The position numbers and the translations under genes are program-made. The notes beneath the pieces are model-generated. The model did no database searches. It saw only the letters and a list, made by a program, of their open reading frames with translations, and had not been told where the DNA came from. From Thermoplasmata archaeon (lineage in GTDB: Archaea; Thermoplasmatota; DTKX01; DATEUP01): DNA of 64,000 nt. Below, piece after piece: positions 47,001 through 51,150 of this stretch. Position 1 is the first letter of the stretch, and the number at the start of each line of letters is the position of its first letter. The DNA lies in the NCBI GenBank assembly GCA_041499475.1, contig JBGQKI010000005.1:17709-81708 (forward strand), written 5' to 3'.

Positions 47001-49908
47001 TCGTCACGGTGTTGCCGTTGAAGGTCGAGCTCAGGTGGCCGCTGTTAACGTAGATCCCGTTGTTGGCCGTGCCGTTGACGATGTTCGATGCAACGAGCGC
47101 CCCACGGCCGCCTGAAAGGTGGATGCCGTCGTTGCCCCCCTGGATGTTGTTTCCACTGACGGTGAGGTTGATTGAATTGAGGAGGTTAATGGCGCTGCTC
47201 TGCGCGTTGGTGATGGAGTTGGTTGAAACCGTCACGTTCGTGCAGGTATCCAAGTGGATGGCCTGGTCGAAGATGTCGCGCAGCGTGTTGCCCGTAACCG
47301 TCGAGTTGTCGACGAAGGACAGCCAGATGCCTTCGGTCGTGTTGTTGATTTGGTTGCCCGAGACCGTCACGTTCACCATGGGGTCGAGGAAAAAGCCGTA
47401 CGAGAAGCCGGTGATGTTGTTCCCCTGCAGAAGGAGGCGCGACTGCAGGCCCTCCACCTGCACCGCCTTGTCCGCGTTGCCCGCTGCGCCGGTGAACCGG
47501 CTCGATGTGATGGTGAGGTTCCCGGAAGAGACGTCGCGCACTTGGAGCCCCCAGTACCCTAGACCCGAGAAGGTAGCGTTTCTAAGGAGCGTGTTCCAGG
47601 TGCTGCCGTCGAGGTAAAACCCGTAAGAAAAGTTACCGTACGTCGAATTCGTGAAATTGAGGTCCGACCCGTTGTAGAAGTAGGCCGCCTGGCTCCCGCC
47701 CGGAGCCCCCGTGGCGTTGATGCGGTTGAAGGTCGAGCCTGTGGTGGTTTCGAAGTACCCGAACTGGTAGATCCCCGTGACCGTAATGTTGTCGAAGAAC
47801 AAGCCGCTTGCAGTATAGACCTCGGAGAAGTACTGGCAACCGATCACGCAGGTCGAGGTCACATTCACGACGCTAAGCGAGCCCATCGAGTACAGTCCGA
47901 GCGACTCGTAGGTGATGTTGAGCCACGTGCCGTTGATGAGGACGATCTCCGAGGAGGTGTCCACCTGGAATTGGTATGCCGAGTTGTTGGTGGTCGACTG
48001 GAGGACGGTGACGCGCTGCGACTGCGTGATGTACAACCCCCAATTCGAGCCGTTGAACACGACGTTCGAGAACGTCACGTTAAACGAGAAGGCCACCTCC
48101 GAGGCATAATTCGATGAATTGGCCGCCGCCAAATACGCGGAAGTTACGTTCGTGACGTTGGTGAGCAAGACCCACGAGAGGTTCGTCGCCACCGCGAAAC
48201 CGGAGGCGTTGAGGTAGGAGCGCAGGAGCCGCCCCTCCCAGTAGTTGTCGGCCGTGATCGTCCACTGGAAGTCGGCGAGCGTGCTGCCCCCCACGGAGAG
48301 CGGCCCTGTCGAATTGGTGATCACATTCAGCGAGGCGCGGCCATACTTGGAGCTGTAGAAGCTGTAACCGCCGTAGCTGTCGTTGAGCGTGTTGTTTTGG
48401 ATGAGTGCGTAGTCCGAAGAGTAGAGGTTCCCGCCGACCGCGTGTTGGCCCGTGTTGTTGAGAACCCGCGCTCCGGCGACCGACTGGAATTGGAAGCCGT
48501 ACGCGAAGTAGTAGGGCGGCAGTCCGGAAGGCCCGGCGGTGGACGAGTTCTGAAGGGTAACGTTGGCGCTGTTCTGGACGTAGACGGCTGTCCCGTAGCC
48601 GGTGAAGTTGACTCCCGTGAGCGTGAGGTTCGTGGTCGAGTAGGCCCACACGGCGTAGACGTAGTAGAACACGCCCGGCGTGGTGCTGGCCGTGAGGCCG
48701 GCGAGCGCGAGGTTGTTGACGCGGATTAGCTCGACGGCGTAGCCTGCATGGGAGATGTTTTCTGCGGGGATGGAGAGGTTCGTGACGTTGGACGCAAAGA
48801 TCCAACCGGCGCCCGAGGGGACGGTGATGCCCGTCGTGTTGGTGTAGTAGTAGACGGCCTTGCCTTCCGCTAGGTCCGAGCTGGCCACGTTGTGGCCGTA
48901 GTAGGTGCCCGAGGTATCGGAGGCGGGCTGGACCGCGTAATCGGAGCTGCAGTTCCAGACGTCGTTGGAGCTCAGTGTTTCGCTGACGCTGTAGTAAATC
49001 TGGACGCCCGAGCCGCTCATGTTGTCGATGCGGTTGGACGTGACGGTTGAGTTGTGGTCTGAATCGAGGTACACACCATACCCGTTCGCGCTCGAATTGC
49101 CAACGTGGTTTCGGTCGACGACCGTCGCCAGCGTGTTCGTGAGGAAAATGCCGTAGTGGGAGAGGCTGACATTCCCATCCCGGACGATCGCCGTCGTCGT
49201 CCGGTCGAGGTAGGCCCCGTAGTAATTGCCGATGAAGGTGTTGTTCATGGCCGTCAGGTTTGCGCCGCGGCTCGCGTAGATGCCGGCGTTAAGGTAGCCG
49301 CTCTGGTTTCCGAAGTAGCACGCCGACACCGTGACATTGTTGGCCAGGTTGACGAACACCCCGCGCGTATTGGCCTCGAAGGTGAGCGAGTCGATGTTGA
49401 GGTTGCTCACGGGGGAGGATATCTGGACGCCGTAGGTTGCGCCGGTGACCGTGAAGGAGGAGAGGTTCACGTTGTTGGAGAGGATGTTCAGCCCGTTGCC
49501 CAAAGGCGGGTCGATGACGGTGCTGTTCCTGGAGTCCCCTACGATATTGAGCGTCTTGTTGACCGTGACGCTCTCGGCGTAGGTCCCCGAATAGATGTAG
49601 ATCGTGTCGCCGTTGCTCGCGTTATTGATGGCGCGTTGGATCGTGGTCCACTGGTTGAGGCCCGCGTTGTCGGCGCTGTAGCTGTCGTCGACGAAGCGGA
49701 TGGTCGCGCCTTCCGAAAGGTGCGGCGAAGCGGCAAGGACGAACGCGAAGAGCAGCGTACCGAGGATGAAGAGTCGGAGCGCCCTCGCGCTGCGGCTCGA
49801 CACCAGCGCCCCGCGAGTCCTCGGCTCGGCGGCTACGCTTGGCGTAGTGTATTGTCGAAACGACACTGACGGCCCCCCAGAAACGGGCGGTCTAAAGTTG
49901 TGCCCCAT
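35032..49908 (-). CDS. Giant type-I membrane surface protein 3 (beta-helix super-modules + 27 Ig-like repeats + stalk + TM + conserved cytoplasmic module + Gly/acidic tail)
   Basis: The ORF is open from 50253, but the first ~115 codons are Arg-rich and overlap the divergent sdh anchor gene. ATG 49908 sits inside a TATA-like box, so GTG 49866 or GTG 49803 (M-SSRSARALRLFILGTLLFAFVLAASPHLSEG) may be the real start. That gives about 4920-4960 aa. The beta-helix region spans nt ~45400-49700, with NTVNGKPVYYLVNASGGTVPTGAGLAILANTTN and NNTIEGRPIFYRINATNVSAPASSAMVIFANVTS. 27 x 85-aa repeats span nt 38467-45398. Then come 3 PKD-like + 2 cadherin-like + 1 Ig-like domain. The TM helix is IGLLPLLGLAVAAGTAGFFLLV followed by RGRNKKRRE (nt ~36616-36681). 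The cytoplasmic module spans 35155-36440. An extra tail AGEGASGAPLPPAIEPKGDGGAKGDRDTPEPDDEGKGGGGL follows. Confidence 0.9.
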   Translation of the reverse strand: MGHNFRPPVSGGPSVSFRQYTTPSVAAEPRTRGALVSSRSARALRLFILGTLLFAFVLAASPHLSEGATIRFVDDSYSADNAGLNQWTTIQRAINNASNGDTIYIYSGTYAESVTVNKTLNIVGDSRNSTVIDPPLGNGLNILSNNVNLSSFTVTGATYGVQISSPVSNLNIDSLTFEANTRGVFVNLANNVTVSACYFGNQSGYLNAGIYASRGANLTAMNNTFIGNYYGAYLDRTTTAIVRDGNVSLSHYGIFLTNTLATVVDRNHVGNSSANGYGVYLDSDHNSTVTSNRIDNMSGSGVQIYYSVSETLSSNDVWNCSSDYAVQPASDTSGTYYGHNVASSDLAEGKAVYYYTNTTGITVPSGAGWIFASNVTNLSIPAENISHAGYAVELIRVNNLALAGLTASTTPGVFYYVYAVWAYSTTNLTLTGVNFTGYGTAVYVQNSANVTLQNSSTAGPSGLPPYYFAYGFQFQSVAGARVLNNTGQHAVGGNLYSSDYALIQNNTLNDSYGGYSFYSSKYGRASLNVITNSTGPLSVGGSTLADFQWTITADNYWEGRLLRSYLNASGFAVATNLSWVLLTNVTNVTSAYLAAANSSNYASEVAFSFNVTFSNVVFNGSNWGLYITQSQRVTVLQSTTNNSAYQFQVDTSSEIVLINGTWLNITYESLGLYSMGSLSVVNVTSTCVIGCQYFSEVYTASGLFFDNITVTGIYQFGYFETTTGSTFNRINATGAPGGSQAAYFYNGSDLNFTNSTYGNFSYGFYLDGSTWNTLLRNATFSGLGYWGLQVRDVSSGNLTITSSRFTGAAGNADKAVQVEGLQSRLLLQGNNITGFSYGFFLDPMVNVTVSGNQINNTTEGIWLSFVDNSTVTGNTLRDIFDQAIHLDTCTNVTVSTNSITNAQSSAINLLNSINLTVSGNNIQGGNDGIHLSGGRGALVASNIVNGTANNGIYVNSGHLSSTFNGNTVTNGLNGFYIEYVSYLTLDSNALSGNTYNFHLEAYSIEQFYHRVNTTNTVNGKPVYYLVNASGGTVPTGAGLAILANTTNYLVSGVTIDHEWHGIRLFQCTGINVINVAISSSFYGLLAEYAVNSTLTDSRVNGGEYGSQFWYGTNLTAVRDVMNGSLYSGMQVYYSRSITVDNSSFNNTGNGLYLSGTDVSNITNSRFTNGSYIGLTLDWSSGDVVWNNSFLSNWGSVQISGYYLSHFNHTIPANNTIEGRPIFYRINATNVSAPASSAMVIFANVTSGTASGLTISEAGDGVLLFGSRFVNVSSITFDTGYYGVHAIQSQNVTMRNLTLNVTTCCVYDLVYSDSSANLSLLDSVIPRAYTIFSAYYSTNVTIRNLTAGDLTNYTSTGSVLVASGYNDGFVVENNTLSYTSYSVQLYGYDPSSTVSNVTVSNNTYGPYSYATIYIGSSYVQNVTAYHNNFNLSYGGGYGAPYDSYDVVTWFRAYPWGGNWWSTWTSPDIKSGALQATAGGDGIVDNPYAATPTRNDPYPLVDPWPPRVRLESPANQSAVRPGAVLQFNVSLYFDTVKYSIDNASAVAFAAPFQINTTGWSEGAHVIWVNATDLTPAGDSEFFVIAIDTTGPTFSGMLANGTYAAGTELPFFVNDLHVAFNATWNNGNGTMSVWNQSGAWFNLTTASWPDGDYTVFVTAWDTAGNSANVTRSYGIDGNPPVVSLLTPSNNSVIRAGTTLDFNIVDAHFQNASWLKGLVWTSLSAPFDVDSTGFADGPTDITVVGIDVLGRRTARVFTFTFDSTLPTITLNTPANNSVVAAGTTVDLSVSDTNFQNASWTTGSTWNAIAAPFDISTAGFADGLTTVTVRAFDLAGNNRTSTFSFTFDSTAPTVSLASPANNSVIAGGTTLSFAITDANAFTATWNNGSGSNALGAPYNVSTTAWADGSVTVVIVATDTAGNARTRSFNFVMDSTLATITLNSPANNSVIPAGRLIDLSVSDTHLSTVTWNNGSGAVTLGSPFDIPTPGWPDGSTNITLIALDAAGNSRTSVFRFVFDSTPPSVVLSSPANNSVVLPGAVLDFTVTDTNLNNATWNNGSGNNSLTTPFDVSTTAWADNQFSITVTATDLAGNVRSIIVVVSVDSAPPTITLNQPANGTTFGSGTLIDLSVTDLHFTNASWNNGSSPNALSSPFDIDTTGWAAGNITVAVNATDAAGNTASRAFSFTIDNSFPAVILVTPSNNSVIRPGTTLDFSVVDNDLNTTTWSNGSAPATLAAPYDVSTTGWSDGHINVTINATDNSSHTVSVIFHFVIDSTAPVVLLVSPSNNTVISAGVQLSFSFTELNFASARYNIGGGNVTLTAPYKVDSTGWADGEVNITVTAFDLAGNSGAATFHFTVDSTPPAITLGTPSNNSVIAPGTTLDFNVSDAHSFSVTRDNGTGPVALGSPFDVSTAAWTDGGVDVIVVATDVAGNVQSRLFHFTIDGTAPTVSLTAPSNNSVIAAGTTISFSVNDANLAAVTRNNGSGALGLASPYDLATPGWPDGSTNITVIATDQAGNSRTVVVRFIFDSTAPTVTLGAPANNSVIRANTTLDFTVTDANFASATWNNGSGSNALTSPFDVSTANWPDGSTTVTVTATDAAGNSRAVSFQFTLDSTRPTISLNSPANSTVIRAGTALDFAISDANGVAAANWTNGSGPFALASPFDVATAGWADGAFDVTVSAVDPAGNAATQLFHWTLDSTAPTITLVAPANNSVIRPATAIDFTVADANGVASALWNNGSGPNTLPSPFDINTTGWAEGTVTVTVNATDAAGNLRVSTFAFTFDSTPPVISLVSPSNNSVVVAGTTIDLSVTDAHFSGATWNNSSGANALPSPFDINTTGWANGPFNITVTATDLAGNARTDVFRVIIDSTPPNITLTSPANDSVISAGTVLDFTVVEPNLNTSTWNNGSGAVSFSPPFDISTASWADGSVTVTVTAVDLAGNSRSASFHFTMDSTAPIVGLNFPANNSVITPGTDLDFDASDLYLNTVSWNNGSGANALPSPFDVSTVGWPEGPKNVTVTATDRAGNTRAATFHFVFDATPPTISVVTPSNNSIILAGTTIDLTVTDANFQGATWNNGSGANTLASPFDISTSGWADGVYNVTVIATDLAGNVRTVVLRYTFDTTPPTVTLLSPSNNSYIRAGATLDLLVTDLTTLTVTWDNGSGPNALASPFDIVTSGWPDGPTNITVTATDAVSLQRIRVFHFTFDSVLPTVSLLSPSNNSFIRPGVQLNFSISDTNLNTATWDNGGGGTTFATQWNISTVGWADGPINISVDATDLAGNLRSRTFHLTIDSAVPSVTLSSPTNNSYIPSGTLLNLSITDTNLDTATWDDGTGAQSFAAQWTISTTGWAEGPVNITVTADDLASNVKTRIFHFTIDSIFPVLNLLAPSNNSVFEAGVLINFTISDTNLNTATWDDGSGAQPFATNWNISTGGWPDGPRNLTVSAADLASNVKTRFFHFTIDSTLPTLNLNGPTNDTYIVAGTVVNLTISDANLDQTSWEANGAGPQAFATQWEIPTAGWADNSYNITVRASDLAGNVRLRYYRFWVDSTKPIIQLNATTQTNNSYFDQRNFTTVQFDVIEAALSTATWTTGAAPTPLAAPFAINVSAWPDGAYTFTVVATDRAGNSVTRWFSFTLDSVAPVVNAVAWENTYFSNGTVLSGTLFDLNLLWSHAYIDAAAGVNGSAQNYSLSTAGLGESSHTLHVEAFDRAGHLTTRDFAFAIDSLDPVIAVTDPADGAHVPRGTLLNITATDNNAINVTWQRDGGALLAANGTGMPRSVDTTSWPDGRYLVHFIVRDPAGHRVDTNITIVIDSSKPSLPSVSALPLNQTYDEDRDITLDASSASDGPNPLPPGSFLWTFSTRAGPLALDQRTGSMPTYRWADPGDYAYTLAITDLAGNSDARTYSVHIADATPPTVSLLVNATVDEDTSVAFVGDLSRDNDYLFLRNTSNCGGASYDIVDSAGASVNFPLPSSGVGALYPCLDLTHVFANPGLYTVRLTVVDPAGLSNASSVVVRVRDRTAPVLSGVSIAGRANAGDNLTFDASVVSDNDLENVSLITYTWLVKAAGSTVDTLTGSSAHHIFPLPGAFVVNLTARDSSGNAASREFAVYINDVPALQTALPQAMVSGTTYDLDLVVADSDAGDSINISFASTPWAVTQTLTAPRVVHIRWTPTGYGPKDWNLTLSDGWATTTIVTAANVSLPPSATNLPPEIKSTPVQEVLPSVMYTYDVNAEDPSNDVLYYALVVYPAGMSIDRVTGLITWVHGVTSLSPQQTWTVNVSVWDGYNTVYQNYTIRWRPGGNHAPTIDGPQAWASLAVEKDQQIIEHLELHVQDQDDAVSGLLYEVTFVSSSVASARVEKTSAGADLVVAGLQVGNATVRIKVSDASGGNATRDITVRVTAPPGSPAGSEGTIGLLPLLGLAVAAGTAGFFLLVRGRNKKRREGAAAAKAQIVSGVAAPTIAGEAGTVVLTGQAAAAASAAAALAAGPAEKKITYTIEGLFVIYKDGRMLYAKTDMGQAKFEDPELVSSMFTAVTSFIKDSFQSEGELNKMGYGDNQIIIERGRSVFMAAIVYGEPDQEFHDQMKAAIENLELSYAGMIEEWDGMMDHFSDMEVKLVGITSLTAGITRREVQLATTKQEVLMLSELEFFQGFVRLKCGIKNNTPSVITKATVDIEYNEDVLRLARVEPAAYRTAGAKVLLGVLNPGEKSSVAYYFDPQICTESQIDGVCRYRDASGVLYTVAMKTRKAEVVCPLFFTKEHANTAMLKRLVEAELGEKDSKVFEIQKIPPYIKHKDVFDLIKSVVNAHDVQMVREFTKYNPFHGEAWFYGETKVKGYKIVIRATVIEETNAIEFFAASTNMKAITGLLAEFNHTLNSMVIEKYSDLKIAQIFDSQAKAEIEKRTLMSTMSSADLAGGETEQAGEGASGAPLPPAIEPKGDGGAKGDRDTPEPDDEGKGGGGL
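35155..36440 (-). repeat. Conserved cytoplasmic-module coding block, copy 3 of 3
   Basis: Encodes ITYTIEGLFVIYKDGRMLYAK...GEAWFYGETKVKGYKIVIRA...LLAEFNHTL...AGGETEQ. Confidence 0.85.
38467..45398 (-). repeat. Tandem array of 27 x ~257-bp (85-aa) Ig-like coding repeats (gene 3)
   Basis: I counted 27 units between PWPPRVRLESP and IVIDSSKPSLPS. A typical unit is TITLNSPANNSVIPAGRLIDLSVSDTHLSTVTWNNGSGAVTLGSPFDIPTPGWPDGSTNITLIALDAAGNSRTSVFRFVFDSTPP. The copies are more diverged from each other than those in gene 2. Confidence 0.85.
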
Positions 49909-49920
49909 ATAAGGGTTCCC
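49905..49920 (-). promoter_or_regulatory. BRE/TATA-like box for giant gene 3
   Basis: The minus strand reads GGGAACCCTTATATGGGGCA. It is similar to GAAACCCTTATGAAGG (441-456) and, on the plus strand, AGAACCCTTAAATC (10045-10058). Its centre is about 44 nt upstream of GTG 49866. Confidence 0.4.
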
Positions 49921-50170
49921 GAAGGCCGCCGCGAAGCGGGTACTGTGGCTCGGCCGACGAAAAGCGCCGTGTCCAACGCGTTTTCCTATGGAAGCGCTCC
50001 CGTTTTTCGCGCGGGCCGGTAAGGAGTTGATCCGACTTCGCCCTGCCTTCACCCGGTCACCTCGCGAAAGGCCGATCGGGACTCTCGCGGCCCCGCGCGC
50101 CTTGCCCGCCGCGCAACTGCGGCGCACCGCTTGGCTTGAATTCTGCGGCCGCGCCGCGCCCCCCTTGAGT

Positions 50171-50182
50171 AAACTCTTAAGA
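50171..50182 (+). promoter_or_regulatory. TATA-like box for the sdh operon (leaderless geometry)
   Basis: AAACTCTTAAGA is centred about 28 nt upstream of GTG 50205. Confidence 0.4.
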
Positions 50183-50204
50183 CGGTCGAGAACGCTCCAA
50201 AGGC

Positions 50205-51143
50205 GTGGCCACAGCGGCTCCGACCCTCGACACGCGCGGCTTTGGCCGGACAACGCGCCTCGACAACTGGTGGGTCCCCGTGGCCCTCCAGTTTGCCGGG
50301 TTCACGGCGGCCATCGCGTACTCCACTTGGGCCGCGTTCCAGGGCTCCCACTTCCAAAAAGACCCGTACCTCTCCCCGTTCTATTCGCCCACCGTCATCC
50401 TCTCGCTCAATTTCTGGCCTTTCAACACGAGCCTGCTTGCCGGGCTCTTCGTCCCCGTCTCCCCCGCGCTCGTCATTTTGCCGTTCCCCCTTGGATTCCG
50501 CTTGACTTGCTACTACTACCGCAAGATGTACTACCGTACCTACTTCCTCGAACCGCCCGCTTGCGCCGTGGGCGAACTTGGCAAGACCGAGATCTACAGC
50601 GGCGAGACGCGCTTCCCGTTTATCCTGCTCAACCTCCACCGCTACTTCCTCTACGCCGCGCTCGTAATCCTCGTCATCCTCACCTACGACACCGTCGTCG
50701 CCTTCAACTTCGGCGGCTGGTTCGGCGTCGGCCTTGGCACCCTCGTGCTCGCCACCAACGTCGTGACCCTCGGGCTCTACACCTTCTCGTGCCACTCGCT
50801 GCGCCACCTCGTCGGCGGCAAGATCGACTGCTTCTCGTGCGCAAGGTTTGGCGCCCAGCGACACAAGGCTTGGTCCATCGTCACGAAGCTCAACAAGCAC
50901 CACATGGCGTTCGCTTGGATCTCGCTCGGGGGCGTCTGCTTCGCCGACTTTTACGTCCGTCTCGTCGCGGGGGGGGTCCCGGGCCTTTCCTTCGTCGACC
51001 CCTCGGTGCGGCTCTTCCCGCTGAGCGCCATCACGCCCCTGATGTGGGCCGCTGTTCTGGTGCTCGCCGCGGCGCTGCCGGCCGCGTGGTACTTCGTGGC
51101 CCGGCGGCGCAGGACCGCGGCCGCCGCTGCGGTGAGCGCGTGA
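50205..51143 (+). CDS. Succinate dehydrogenase/fumarate reductase membrane anchor, single large cytochrome-b-like subunit (putative)
   Basis: 312-aa protein with 5-6 hydrophobic helices and conserved-looking His residues (LHRY, CHSLRHL, KHHMAF). It sits immediately upstream of sdhA (8-nt gap). The anchor-flavoprotein-FeS gene order is that of single-anchor SQR operons. The call rests on context plus topology. Confidence 0.55.
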   Translation: MATAAPTLDTRGFGRTTRLDNWWVPVALQFAGFTAAIAYSTWAAFQGSHFQKDPYLSPFYSPTVILSLNFWPFNTSLLAGLFVPVSPALVILPFPLGFRLTCYYYRKMYYRTYFLEPPACAVGELGKTEIYSGETRFPFILLNLHRYFLYAALVILVILTYDTVVAFNFGGWFGVGLGTLVLATNVVTLGLYTFSCHSLRHLVGGKIDCFSCARFGAQRHKAWSIVTKLNKHHMAFAWISLGGVCFADFYVRLVAGGVPGLSFVDPSVRLFPLSAITPLMWAAVLVLAAALPAAWYFVARRRRTAAAAAVSA

Positions 51144-51150
51144 AGGGGGC

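Noticed and set aside
15102-49908. Interpreting the three giant genes as one mis-split gene, or as pseudogene fragments.
   Set aside because: Each has its own signal/anchor N-terminus, a complete domain series, a TM helix, the cytoplasmic module and a stop codon. Each is followed by a spacer with promoter-like and terminator-like elements. No internal frameshifts or stops are visible in 6.8-14.9 kb of open frame.
49909-50253. N-terminal ~115-codon extension of giant gene 3 in the ORF track, with similar extensions at 34791-34877, 6108-6257, 6907-7017, 11409-11546, 54531-54821, 54647-54772, 56051-56386 and 58228-58248.
   Set aside because: The extensions are Arg/Pro/Ser-rich, often begin at TTG, and overlap neighbouring genes or contain the TATA-like boxes. 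Downstream starts give sensible signal peptides or family-typical N-termini.
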